Source of the DNA: an uncultured Gemmatimonadales bacterium
GTDB taxonomy: Bacteria > Gemmatimonadota > Gemmatimonadetes > Gemmatimonadales > GWC2-71-9
NCBI GenBank assembly: GCA_963730185.1
Contig: CAVSQW010000012.1
Span: forward strand, 64,001 to 128,000
Length of the DNA: 64,000 bases
Reading direction: 5' to 3'
This document shows positions 32,544 to 44,196 of the stretch, in pieces. A program made the position numbers and the translations under genes. The stretch's first letter is position 1, and each line of letters starts with the position of its first letter. The notes under the pieces are model-generated. The model worked only from the letters and a program-made list of their open reading frames with translations, was not told the DNA's origin and made no database searches.

Positions 32544-32936
32544 CTACAAGGGCTTTTCGACCAGCCCCCGCACCGTCTCCTTGATCCCGTCGGAGAGGTG
32601 CTCGCCATAGTGGAGCAGGAACACGCCCCGCGATCGGCGGGCCAGGATGAACCCGAGGAACGGCATGTCCGCCTTGGCGGCGTTGCAGGTCTTGCAGGCG
32701 AGGACGAGGTTGTCGGGGCGGTCGTAGGCCGACTTGCCCCGGCGGGGCTGGACATGATCCAGCGTGATCTCTTCGAGCCGATAGGTCAACCCGCAGTACG
32801 CGCACACGGGCCCGTGCACCTCCATCAGTGCGTCACGATGGGCCTGGTACGAGCGGCTGCCGGTACGGCGAAGAGTCTTGGAGACTTGCGGGGCCGCGGT
32901 GACTCCGCGGCGGCGCGGACGAGGGCTTCTACCCAC
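32544..32936 (-). CDS. Small HNH endonuclease-family protein
   Basis: [27 protein letters not shown]; start uncertain. Confidence 0.85.
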   Translation of the reverse strand: MGRSPRPRRRGVTAAPQVSKTLRRTGSRSYQAHRDALMEVHGPVCAYCGLTYRLEEITLDHVQPRRGKSAYDRPDNLVLACKTCNAAKADMPFLGFILARRSRGVFLLHYGEHLSDGIKETVRGLVEKPL

Positions 32937-33080
32937 TCTATTGATTCACTCCGAACATACGCCGTAAAGCTAAGCGACCAGGGCTGGAAAGGACAGGGAC
33001 GACCCTGCGGCGCCCTTTCCCGCCTGTTATCCTTCGGAAGCGTCCCGCCGTTCCACCCCAACCGAGGAAAGGAGCGCGCC

Positions 33081-35116
33081 CTGTCGGTTCCAGCCGCTTC
33101 TCCCACCAGCCCCACCGCCACCGCCGACGCCACCGCCTGGCTCGCGATCAATACCATCCGCACCCTTGCCATGGATGCCGTGGAGGCCGCCAACTCCGGC
33201 CACCCCGGAACCCCCATGGCGCTCGCGCCGGCCGGATACGTCCTCTGGACCCGCTTCCTCGAGCACGCCCCGTCAGAGCCCGGCTGGGCCAACCGCGACC
33301 GGTTCGTCCTCTCGTGCGGCCACGCGTCGATGTTGCTCTACTCGTTGCTCCACCTCACCGGATACGACCTCCCGCTCGAGGAGCTGAAGGCCTTCCGGCA
33401 GTGGGGCTCGAAAACGCCCGGACACCCCGAGCGCGGGCACACGGCCGGCGTCGAGACCACGACCGGCCCTCTGGGACAGGGGCTCGGTAATGCCGTCGGG
33501 ATGGCCATGGCGGAGCGGTTCCTCGCGGAGCGGTTCAACCGGCCGGGCCACGAGCTGATCGACCACCGGACCTGGGTGTTCGCGAGCGACGGCGACCTGA
33601 TGGAGGGCGTCGCCAGCGAGGCGGCGTCCCTGGCCGGCCACCTCCGCCTCGGCAAGCTGGCGGTGGTCTACGACAACAACCACATCACCATCGACGGGTC
33701 CACCTCCCTCTCCTTCAGCGAGGATGTGGGACGCCGGTTCGAGGCCTACGGGTGGCACGTGCTCCGCTTGAGCGACGGCAACGACCTGGCCGCGATCGAC
33801 GCCGCGCTGGCCGCAGCCCGGGCCCAAACTCAGCGTCCGACCTTGATCGTGATGCGGACCATCATCGGGGACCCGGCGCCCACCAAACGGGACACGCCCG
33901 GAGCGCACGGCGCTCCCCTGGGCAAGCGAAGAGGTGGCCCGCACCAAGGAGATCATGGGCTGGCCCGCCAAGACCTTCTATGTCCCCGACGAGGCGCGCG
34001 CCGACATGGGCGCCTGCCGGACCCGGGGCGAAGCCCGGGTGGCCGAGTGGAACCAGCGCCTCGAGGCGTACCGGGCCGAGCACCCCGACGCCGCGGCCGA
34101 GCTGGACGCGTGGCTCGAGGGACGCCTCACCGACCGACTGGGATGCCGTCCTGCCGGCGTTCGGCCCCAAGGACGTGCTGGCCACCCGACAGGCGTCGCA
34201 GAAGACGCTGGTTCCCCTCGCCGATGTGCTCCCCAACCTCGTCGGCGGCTCCGCCGATCTGGCCGGCAGCACCGGCACCGGCATCAAGGGTGCGGCCGAC
34301 TTCGGCCCCGGCTCGGCCGGGCAGACGATCCACTGGGGCATCCGCGAGCACGCGATGGGCTCCACCATGAACGGCATGCTGGCCCACGGCGGGGTCCGCC
34401 CGTATGGGAGCACGTTCCTGGTGTTCGCCGACTACATGAAGCCGGCCATCCGGCTCGCCGGCCTGATGCACCTGCCGGCGATCTACCTCTTTACCCACGA
34501 CTCCATCGGACTCGGTGAAGACGGCCCCACCCACCAGCCGATCGACCAGCTGGCGATGCTCCGGGCCATCCCCAACCTGACCGTGATCCGGCCGGCCGAC
34601 CCCGGCGAGACCGCCCAGGCTTGGCGAGTGGCCCTGGAACGGACCGACGGGCCCACGGCCCTGGTCCTGACCCGGCAGAAGATCCCGGTCTTCGAGCGCC
34701 AGCACGGCCCCGACGGGCTCCAGGCCGGCGGCTACGTCGTCGTCGACCCGCCCACGCCGGCCGAGGCAATCGTCATCGCCACCGGGTCCGAGGTGGAGCT
34801 GGCGTCCCGCGCCGCGCGGAGCCTCACCGAGAGCGGCCTTCCCACCCGCCTGGTCTCGCTCCCGTCGTGGGAGCTCTTCCAGCGGCAGCCGGCGGCCTAC
34901 CGGGACGCGGTGCTCCCGCCGGCCGTTCGCTGCCGGGTGTCGGTCGAGGCCGCGTCCACCTTCGGGTGGCGCACCTGGGTCGGCGACCAGGGCGAAACGC
35001 TGGGCATCGACCACTTCGGCGCCTCGGCCCCGGCCGAGCGTCTCTTCCAGGAATTCGGCTTCACCCCAGAGCGCATCGTCGAGCTGGTCCGGCGGTCGCA
35101 CGCGCGGAGGTCCTGA
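33081..35116 (+). CDS. tkt: Transketolase; frameshifts near 33925 and 34135; apparent CTG start
   Basis: [67 protein letters not shown]. Confidence 0.93.
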
Positions 35117-36228
35117 TGAGCACCAATCCCCTGATCCGACTGGGCGAGCTGGGACAGAGCCCCTGGCTCGACTTCATAACCCGTGACCTGGTCGCCTCCG
35201 GCGAGCTGGCCCGCCTGATCGACGAGGACGGTCTCCAGGGCATGACGTCCAACCCGACCATCTTCGAGAAGGCCATCACCGCCAGCGCCGACTACGACGC
35301 CGACATCCGCCGGCTCACGGCCGACGGCCGAGACCCCGCCCAGGTGTTCGAGGCGCTTGGCCATCCACGACGTGCGGGCCGCCTGCGACGCCTTCCTCCC
35401 GCTCTACCGGAAGACCGACGGCCGCCACGGCTTCGTGTCGCTCGAGGTGTCGCCCACGCTGGCCCACGACACCGAGGGCACCATCGCCGAGGCCCGCCGG
35501 CTCTGGAAGGAGCTGGACCGGCCCAACGCGATGATCAAGATCCCCGGCACCAAGGCCGGTCTTCCGGCCGATCACCCGGGCGCTGACCGACGGGATCAAC
35601 GTCAACGTGACCCTGCTCTTTTCGGTGGACCGCTACCGGGAGGTCATCGAGGCGTTTCTGGGCGGGCTCGAAGCTCGGGTCGCGGTGGGTGACCCGATCG
35701 GCCACCTCGCCTCGGTCGCGAGCTTCTTCGTGAGCCGGGTGGACGGGAAGGTGGACGCCCGGCTCGACCAATCGGGCGATCCTGCACGGGCTCCGGGGCA
35801 AGATCGCCATCGCCAACGCGGCGATGGCGTACGCCACCTTCGAGCACCTGCTCCGGACCGATCGGTGGTCGGCGCTGGCCGACGCCGGGGCCCGGCCCCA
35901 GCGGCCGCTCTGGGCCTCGACCAGCACCAAGGACCCGAAGTACCCCGACGTCTACTACGTCGAGGCGCTGATCGCGGCCGACACCGTCAACACCATGCCA
36001 CCCGAGACTCTCGACGCCTACCGCGACCACGGCAAGCCGATCCACCGAATCCAGTTCGAGATCGACGGCGCGCCGGCCCGGCTCGAGGCCTTGACCGGCC
36101 AAGGCATCGACCTGGGCGAGGTGACCCGGCTCCTCGAGGACGAAGGGGTCAAGAAGTTCGCCCAGTCCTACACCTCGCTCCTGAGCGGGATCGAGGCCAA
36201 GATCGGTGCGGTGGCGGGGCGTCAGTAA
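35116..36228 (+). CDS. tal: Transaldolase; frameshifts near 35357, 35565 and 35785
   Basis: [67 protein letters not shown] overlap with tkt. Confidence 0.92.
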
Positions 36229-37493
36229 CCCGGCGGCCCCGCCGGCAGCTGCCCCTCGCTCTTCGCCACCCAGAGGCTGGTCAGGAGATCGCCCGTCACG
36301 TTGGGCATGGTCCGGGTCATGTCGAGGATCCGGTCCACGCCCAGGATCAGGGCGATCCCCTCGCCCGGCACCCCGACCATCCCCAGCACCATCACCAGGA
36401 GCGGGATCGACCCGCTCGGCACCCCGGCCACGCCCACGGCGGTGATCACCGCCATCACGACCACGATCAGCTGGGTGCCGAGGCTCAGGTGGACCCCGAA
36501 GACCTGGGCCAGGAAGAGCACCGTGATCCCCTCGAACAGCGCGGTGCCGTTCATGTTCATGGTGGCGCCGATCGGAAGCACGAACCCGGCGATCTCGCGG
36601 GGCACCCCGAACGCCTCCGCCGTCCGGATCGTGGTGGGCAGGGTGGCGTTGGAGCTCGAGGTCGAGAAGGCGGTGACCATCAGGTCGCGCGCCCCGCCGA
36701 AGAACCGGCGCGGGCCGATGCCTACCAGGAGCCGCGCCAGCCCACCGATCACCAGGAACTGGTGGATCAGCAGGGCCCCGATCACGGTCAGCACGTAGAC
36801 CAGGAGCGACCGGAGCAGGTCGAGCCCGAAGCGGGCCGTGACCGAGAAGATCAGGCAGGCCACGCCCAGCGGGGCCAGCCGCATGGCGAAGCCGATCATC
36901 ACCACGACCGCGTCGCTGATCCCCTCCAGTACCCGGACCACGGGCGCGCTCCGTTCCACCGGAATGAGGGTGAGCGCGATGCCGAACACGAGCGAGAAGA
37001 AGATCAGCCCCAGCATGTCGCCGTTCGCGGCCGACCCGACCGGATTCCGGGGCACGATGTTGACGAAGGTGTTGACGCCGAACCCGGTCTGTCCGGCCGC
37101 CGCCACCCGCTCGCCCGCCTGCTTGGAGAACTGGGCCATCAGCGACTGCTGCACCGCCGGGTCGATCCCGTCCCCGGGCCGGACCAGGTTCGTGATCGTC
37201 AGCCCGATCGCCACCGCCAGGGCGGTCGTGACCAGGAAGAAGAGCAGGGTCTTGGCCCCGATTCGCCCCACCCGGCGCACGTCTCCGAGCGAAGCCACCC
37301 CAAGCGAGACCGACGTGAAGACCAGGGGCACCACCACCATGAACAGCAGGCGGAGGAAGATCTGGCCGATCGGCTGGGTGACGGTGTCGATGGTCCAGTC
37401 GAGGGCGCCACGACCGCTCCAGAGCAGGTTCGACAGGACGCCAAGGACGACGCCGGCCACCAGGCCGAGGAGGATCTTGGTGTGCAGGGGCAT
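36222..37493 (-). CDS. Dicarboxylate/amino acid:cation symporter (DAACS, GltP-like)
   Basis: AFSTSSSNATLP, PIGATMNMNGT, GVDRILDMTRTMPNVTGD. Confidence 0.93.
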   Translation of the reverse strand: MPLHTKILLGLVAGVVLGVLSNLLWSGRGALDWTIDTVTQPIGQIFLRLLFMVVVPLVFTSVSLGVASLGDVRRVGRIGAKTLLFFLVTTALAVAIGLTITNLVRPGDGIDPAVQQSLMAQFSKQAGERVAAAGQTGFGVNTFVNIVPRNPVGSAANGDMLGLIFFSLVFGIALTLIPVERSAPVVRVLEGISDAVVVMIGFAMRLAPLGVACLIFSVTARFGLDLLRSLLVYVLTVIGALLIHQFLVIGGLARLLVGIGPRRFFGGARDLMVTAFSTSSSNATLPTTIRTAEAFGVPREIAGFVLPIGATMNMNGTALFEGITVLFLAQVFGVHLSLGTQLIVVVMAVITAVGVAGVPSGSIPLLVMVLGMVGVPGEGIALILGVDRILDMTRTMPNVTGDLLTSLWVAKSEGQLPAGPPGY

Positions 37494-37659
37494 GCCCCCG
37501 CGATTGGTTTCGCTGGTCACGGGATGGCCGGTCGCTGGGGAACAGGGTGGGCGCCGAAGACGACGGGAACGCCGAGCTCCGGCCCGCGAACCCGCCACGA
37601 AACCGGCGCTACAAGCTAGCGCCGCGGGAGGGCGGCGCCAGTCCCCGATCGGAGATCGA

Positions 37660-38948
37660 TCAACCGGCGGGGGCGCCCTTGGGCGGCGGCACCAGCGACT
37701 CGCCCTCGCTCCGGGCGATCACGGCCGCGGCGGTCAGGTCGCCGGTCACGTTGAGAGCGGTGCGCATCATGTCCAGGATCCGGTCCACGCCCAGGATCAG
37801 CGCGATGCCCGCCTGCACCTGCCCACCCATCCCCACCGACTGGAGCACGATGATCAGGGTGATGATGCCCGCGCTCGGCACCCCGGCCGCCCCGACCGAC
37901 GCCAGCGTGGCGGTGAGGACGACCGTCAGCTGCGCCCCGAATCCGAGCGGGATCCCGTAGATCTGGGCGATGAACATCACGGCGACCGCCTGGTAGAGGG
38001 CGGTGCCGTCCATGTTGATCGTGGCGCCGAGCGGGAGGACGAAGCTCGAGACCTCGGGCGAGACCCCCACCTCCTTCTCGGCGGTCTCGATGGTGATCGG
38101 CAGGGTCGCGTTCGACGACGAGGTCGAGAACGCGATCAGCGGAACGTTCCGGATCCGCTTGAGGAAGGTGATCGGGTTGAGCCGGGCCAGGAACCGGAGG
38201 GCGAGGCCATAGGTGATGACCAGATGGAGCAACAGGCCCACAACCACCACCAACGAATAGAGCAGCAGGCTCCGGAGCACGTCCAGCCCGAACCGGGACA
38301 CGATCCCCGCGATCAGCGCGAAGACGGCATAGGGCGCCAGCTTCATCACCCAGTCGATCACCGTCATCGAGGCGTCGTTGACCCCCTCGAAGAAGGTCAG
38401 CACCGATCGGCGGCGGTCCTCCCGGCACGGTGCTGATCGCCGCGCCGAAGATGATGGTGAACACGATCAGGGGGAGGAGATCCATCTCCGCCGCGGCCTG
38501 GATCGGGTTCCGCGGGATCATGTGGAGCAAGCGTCTCCACCGTCGACGGCTTCTCGGCCGCCAGGCTCACGTCGCCCGCCGCCTGGTCCGCGAACTGCGC
38601 CGACAGCGCATCCCGGGTGCCGGGGTCGATCCGCGACCCGGGTTGAATCGCCTGCGAGAGCACCAGACCGATCGTGACCGCGATCGCGGTGGTCAGGATG
38701 TAGTACACGATCGTCTTGCCGCCGATCCGCCCCACCTTCCGGAGATCACCGAGCGACGCCGTGCCGACCAGCAGGCTGGCCACCACCAGCGGGATCACGA
38801 TCATCGTGATGAGCCGGATCCAGCCGGTCCCGAACGGCTCGATCGCCGCGAAGACCCGTTGGAGCGACTCGATCCCCAGGACGTTGGCGAGAACCCCGGC
38901 GAGAACCCCCGCCACGAGGCCAATCAGGATCTTGGTGTAGAGTTGCAT
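37660..38948 (-). CDS. Second DAACS symporter; frameshifts near 38530 and 38410
   Basis: MQLYTKILIG, IPRNP, AFSTSSSNATLP, PLGATINMDGT, DRILDMMRTALNVTGD. Confidence 0.9.
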
Positions 38949-39153
38949 GGGCCGGCGTCACCTCGGCGAGAGACAAGGGAGCGGGAGCGGGCCGGCATCG
39001 TGTCGGAGCGCGCGGAGCGCGCCCCGGCCTCTCGAACACCGTGCCTCGGCGGAAACCAACGGACGGGTGGACGGCCGGGTCGGGCCGACCCGGCCGGCTG
39101 GGCAAGTTATTCCGTTTCGCGGCCGACGCCAGAGCGGCGCCGGACCATTCCGG

Positions 39154-39963
39154 TCAGGCCAGCGGACCCGCGGCCCGTGGCACTGTGCGGGTGGTGTCCG
39201 GGGCCGGCTTCGGCTTGGGCTCCTTGGGCCGGCGCGGCGGCGGGGTCCGGGTCCAGATCACGATCACGCCACACCGGGCCTGGTAGCTCTCGAGCTCGGG
39301 AGGCGTCTGGGCCGGCCCCGAGTAGATCTCCACCCCCTCGACTTCCTGGATCGGCGTGAGCCAGGCGATCGCCGGGTCCGAGGGAACACCGTCCATGAAG
39401 AAGGCCGGGTTACAGCCTCGGGGCGCCCGGGTCATCCGGACCGCGCACTGCATCCCGTTTCGGCACTCCACCCGGACGCCCGGAACCATCCGCATCACGT
39501 CCGGCAGAGTCGCCGCCTGCCGCCGCTCGATCTCGGCCCGGTCGATGTAGCGCCCCCGGCCTTCGCTCTTTCGGCGGAGCCAGTCCATCGGCCCGTTGGT
39601 CGCCTCGCCTTCCACCGTGACCTCGGGGAGGTTGACCGCCTCGGCCTCGGTGTTGAACTCGAGGTCCATGGTCTGGCCGCTCTTCAGGTCGATCGGGGTG
39701 GTGACCGTCGCATACCCGATCGCCGCCACCCGGATCAGGTAGCGGCCGGCCTCGAGCCCGGTGAACTCGAAGCCCCCCGTGGCACCGGTCCGGGTCGCGA
39801 CGGTGGTGCCGACCAGCGAGATCCGCGCACCTTCGACCGGCCGACGCTCCCCGGTCGTCAGCAGCACGCCGCGAATCACTCCGGTCGACTGGGCCTGGAC
39901 CGCTCCGGGGCCGAACGCCCCGGCCGCCAGCGCCGCGATCACTCCAATACCGATGGTGCGCAT
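39154..39963 (-). CDS. Secreted carboxypeptidase-regulatory-like + TonB-plug-like protein, no beta-barrel
   Basis: Signal peptide AVQA-Q; PVEGARISLVGT..TGATGGFEF; LPEVTV; DVMRMVPGV; EVEGVEIYSG; CGVIVIWTR then short Pro-rich tail and stop. Confidence 0.82.
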   Translation of the reverse strand: MRTIGIGVIAALAAGAFGPGAVQAQSTGVIRGVLLTTGERRPVEGARISLVGTTVATRTGATGGFEFTGLEAGRYLIRVAAIGYATVTTPIDLKSGQTMDLEFNTEAEAVNLPEVTVEGEATNGPMDWLRRKSEGRGRYIDRAEIERRQAATLPDVMRMVPGVRVECRNGMQCAVRMTRAPRGCNPAFFMDGVPSDPAIAWLTPIQEVEGVEIYSGPAQTPPELESYQARCGVIVIWTRTPPPRRPKEPKPKPAPDTTRTVPRAAGPLA

Positions 39964-39981
39964 GTTCCCTCCCTCCGCGCC

Positions 39982-40749
39982 CTACGGCGCGAGCCCCCGG
40001 CGAGTCCAGATCACGATCGCGCCGCCACAGCGGGCCGCGTCGACGTTGATCTCCGGCGGGGTCTCCGACGGACCGCGGTAGATCTCCAGTCCCTGCACCG
40101 AGCTGGGGCTGGTGGCTTCCAACACGGCCATCGTCGTCTGGACGTCGTCGATGAACACCGCGGGCCCGCAGTCCCGCGGGTCGTGGTTGAGCCGAACCTG
40201 ACAGGTCAGGCCGTAGCAGTTGGTCCGGACGCCGGGGAGGAACCGGATCAGATCGAGCAGGCGGCTCGGATTCCGCTGGCGGATGTCGTCCCGGGTAATG
40301 AAACGGCCGGTGCCGGTCGCCTGACGCCGCTCGAACTTGGTCAGCACCTTGATCAAGGTCGGGCGCGACTCGCCGTCGACGTAGATCGTCGGCAGAAGCT
40401 GGCCCGCGTCGTCGGTCCGAAACTCCACTTCCTTGGTACCGCCCGCCGACAGATTGACGACCGCGGCCAGGGGCGTGAGCCCGATCAGCGCCACCTCGAG
40501 CTGATAGACGGAGGGCTTCAGTCGCTCGAAGGTGAACCGCCCCAGCGAGTCGGTCGACACCGACTTGCGGGCGCCGAGCAGGGTGACCCGAACGCCGGCG
40601 ACGGGCGTTCCATCCGTGGACGTTACCACCCGCCCGACGATGGTGCCGTGCTTGTCTTGTGCTTGGGAGCACTTCGGAAGGACGCCCAGCAGAGCGACGA
40701 GGGCCAGCGCCCTCGAAACCCAACGTCCTACGCTACCGCGATCCATCAT
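39982..40749 (-). CDS. Paralogous carboxypeptidase-regulatory-like + TonB-plug-like protein, no beta-barrel
   Basis: PVAGVRVTL..TDSLGRFTF; GRFITRDDI; DLIRFLPGV; GLEIYRG; CGGAIVIWTRRG; start uncertain. Confidence 0.8.
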   Translation of the reverse strand: MMDRGSVGRWVSRALALVALLGVLPKCSQAQDKHGTIVGRVVTSTDGTPVAGVRVTLLGARKSVSTDSLGRFTFERLKPSVYQLEVALIGLTPLAAVVNLSAGGTKEVEFRTDDAGQLLPTIYVDGESRPTLIKVLTKFERRQATGTGRFITRDDIRQRNPSRLLDLIRFLPGVRTNCYGLTCQVRLNHDPRDCGPAVFIDDVQTTMAVLEATSPSSVQGLEIYRGPSETPPEINVDAARCGGAIVIWTRRGLAP

Positions 40750-40777
40750 ACCACACCCCGGGGGGCGGGGGTCCGAG

Positions 40778-40849
<72 letters not shown>

Positions 40850-40955
40850 GGGTCCGGGAAAGTGCCATCCCGCCCCATCGATGGCAAGGTGTTTGGCGCC
40901 GGCTATATGGCTCGGTTCCACACCCTACGGAACGGAGCCCGAATGGGGTTCGATC

Positions 40956-43551
40956 TCACATTCCGGGGCCCAGAAACACGGCGTTCGCGAAGAGGGGGAG
41001 CAGCCCCCGCCAGAGATCCCGAAAGTTCGGGTCGCCCGCGAACGCGATGACCCGGCCCCGTCCCACCCGCTCGGTCCAAAGGAAGGGGGTACCCCCAAGC
41101 CGGGCTGGCACTTCGGGCCAGAGATAGCCCGCCAGCCGGAGCCTCGGCGCCGGCTCGTAGGCCACCACCACCTCGCCGGGTTGGACATCCTTCGGCGGAT
41201 CCAGGATCAGGCCGCCGTCGGCCATCACCGCAAGCTCCGCCGTCTCGAGTCCGGCCGAGAGCCGTGACAGGGTATCGACGGTAGCCCGGACGATCGCGCC
41301 GGGCACGTTGGACGGGAGCGGAGCCTGTCCGCCCGAGGCCGAGTCGCGCCGGATCCGGAGCCGGCCGATGCCCGAACGCTCGCTCGCCAGCCAGGCGGTG
41401 GCTCCCGCGATGGTCACCAACGTCCCGCCGGCGGCGACCCATTCACGGAGGTGAGCCCGGCCGTCGTCGCCCAGCAGCCGGGCGAAGGCGCCGGCCTGGA
41501 GGGTGGGCAGCACGATGACGTCGTACCCGCTCAGATCGGCGCCGACGAGGCGGTCGGCGTCGATCGTGGTCACCGGATACCGGAGGCGCTGATCGAAGGC
41601 GTACCAGGCAAAGCCGAACCCGTTCCCCGACACTGGCGAGCCCCCGACCAACGCCACCGTCGGCGCTTTGACGAACCGGACGCTGTTGCTCCCCAGATCG
41701 GTGCCGCTGTCGGCGGCGGCGGTATTGAGCGGCTGCACCCGGGCGCCGCTTTCGGTCGCCACCCGGCTCATCACCTCGTGCACGCTGTCGGGGTTCGCCG
41801 CCACCCGGACCAGGAACGCGCCCCGCGGAAAGGAGGTGCCGCCGACCGCGAACGCCTTGGGCGCGAACCAGACCCGGACCCCGCCGGCCAGGAGTCCGGC
41901 CAGCATCCGGAGGCTCGGCTCGGAGCCCGGCTCGAACGCGTAGGCGGCCCGGGCGCGGTCGATCGACGACGGCCGGGACGTGATCCACCCCACCGGCTCG
42001 TGGGCGGTGGGCATCGTCCCCAGCGACCAGGCCCGAACCCGGAAGGTGTAGGGCAACGACCAGGCGGTGATGTCGTAGAACCGGTCGGGCTGCCCGGTGC
42101 GCCGGCTCTCCAGCTCGGCCGCGATGAACGACGAGTCGAGCTTGGCATCCGGCTCGAGCAGCGCCTTGGCGAGCCGGCCTTCGGGCTGCGCCAGGTCCAC
42201 CAGGTAGGTCCCGGCCCGGAGCCGGGTCGGGCGCGCGGCGGCCTCGCCGTACCCGGTGGCCGGGACGGTCACGTCGGTGGTGAGCCGGGTGACCGCGATC
42301 CCGTTCCCGGCCAACCGCTGGGCCAGCGAGTCGGCCCGGCCGTCCCGGTCCCGTTCGAGGGCGACGGCCCGGAAGGACGAGGCCAGGGCGTCGGTGACGG
42401 CGCTTTGCCGGAAGGCCAGGAAGTCGGAGACCCGCTCGCGGGCCCGCCGGGCCGCCGTGACCAGCGTGGCCCAGGCGGTGGTGTAGTGGTGGAGGGCGGC
42501 GTCGTGCAGCGTCAGCACCGTTCCGTCGCGCCGGAGAATCGCGCCGCCGCGGCTCGAGGCCTGCTCGTAGGTCATCCCCACCGCCCCGGTGAGGATCGGC
42601 CACGACACTCCATAACCCGGGTAAAACTCGTCGTAGCCCTCACGCGCGGAAGTAGGGCCACCCCCGGGCGTCGAAGGCCCGGGCGTTCGAGGCGGCGAAG
42701 ATGTCCCACCACTTGAGGATGGTCTGGTGCACGTTGGGGTTGATGGGCTCCATCGGCGGGGCGAAGAAGTAGCTCGCCTCGCTGCCCTGCTCATGGAGAT
42801 CCACCGCGACCTGGGGCCACCAGCGGAGGAAGGTCCGAACCCGGCCGCGGGTCTCCGGGTGTGACTGGATGAACCAGTCCCGATTGAGATCGAAGTCGTA
42901 GTGGCTGGTCCGCGCCCCGGGCCAGGTTCCCTGGTGGATCATCGCGAGCGGATCGGTCGGCACGCCCCAGGCGCCCCGGGCCCGGATCACGTCCTGGACG
43001 TGGCGCTCGTGCCCGTCGGGATTCTGGGCCGGATCGATCAACACCACGGTGCTGTCGAGGACCATCCGGGTCAGGTCGTCGCGACCGGCGGCCAGCTGAT
43101 AGAGGAGCGCGATCCCCGCCTCCACCCCCGAGGCTTCGCCGCCGTGAATCGAGAAGCCCAGCCAGACGATCGCCGGGAGACGGGCGGCGGCGGCCGCCAC
43201 CTCCCCCTCCGGCGCCCCCACCGGGTTGGCGACCAGGCCGGCGTCGTGACGAATGGCCTCCAGCCGGCCCTGGTTCGCTTCGCTCGTCACCACCACCAGC
43301 ATCACCTCGCGGCCTTCGAACGTCGTCGCCACGGTATCGAGCCGGACCCGCCGACTGGTCGCCGCCACCCGCTCGAGATAGCGCATCAGCAGAGCATGCG
43401 GGGTGAAGCGCTCCCCCACCGAGTAGCCGAGCACCGACGCCGGGGTCGGCACCGCGGAATCGAACGGCCCGTCGGGGTTGAATGCGTGCTGAGCCCGGAC
43501 GACGGACGGAACGGCGAGCAGGAACGCGAGCAGAAGAGCCTTCATGACCAT
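40956..43551 (-). CDS. Secreted M14 zinc carboxypeptidase-family protein with C-terminal extension; one frameshift near 42645
   Basis: SIHGGE, QNPDG, DLNRDW, VDLHE, then EGYDEFYPGYG..GMTYEQAS in the next frame. Confidence 0.88.
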
Positions 43552-43580
43552 GGGGGGTAGGGGCGGAACGAGGACGACGA

Positions 43581-44042
43581 CTACTGCGAGTCGGCCGGGA
43601 CCAACCGAAGGCCGTCGACGAAATAGTGAGTCAAGCCGAAGCAGGTGGTCGGCACCCCACGGTGCTCGGTGTAGTGGAGCGCCACCTTCCGGCCCAGCGC
43701 CTCATTGATCTGCCTCGCCACCACGGCATCCCGAACCGAGAACTCCCAGATCTGGGGCGGCACCCCGGGGTAGGTAGGCATGGCCAGCTCACCCTCCCAG
43801 GTCTTACAGAGCCAGCCTTTGTGGGAGAACTTCTGGACGATGCCCGCTCGGTCCCCGTCGGAATAGCTCCAGGTCAGCACCAGCCAGGTGTACAGGGACC
43901 CGGCGACCAGCGGGGTCAGGAGAACGAGGGCCAGCACCCACCGCCACGGAACGTGTCGCCGGGGCGGGCGCGGCTCGGCCCGGGGCTGGGATGCCGCCGG
44001 GTCGGCGGCCGTCGGGTCGTTCGGGGAGGCGTCGTCAGGCAT
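43581..44042 (-). CDS. Hypothetical single-TM membrane protein
   Basis: TM WRWVLALVLLTPLVAGSLYTWLVL, then YSDGDRAG..KGWLCKTWEGEL..LHYTEH..CFGLTHYFV. Confidence 0.78.
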   Translation of the reverse strand: MPDDASPNDPTAADPAASQPRAEPRPPRRHVPWRWVLALVLLTPLVAGSLYTWLVLTWSYSDGDRAGIVQKFSHKGWLCKTWEGELAMPTYPGVPPQIWEFSVRDAVVARQINEALGRKVALHYTEHRGVPTTCFGLTHYFVDGLRLVPADSQ

Positions 44043-44196
44043 GGTGGTTGCAAACTGGATGAAAGGTGGAGCCCGCCGTCACCGGGGGCAAGAGCGGGCC
44101 CGGATAGATTTGGGGCGGTGACCGGTGGCGGAGAATCGGTCGGGCAGCGGGCCCGAGATCGCCGCCCCCCGCGAGACAGAGGCGAGATCGGGATCG

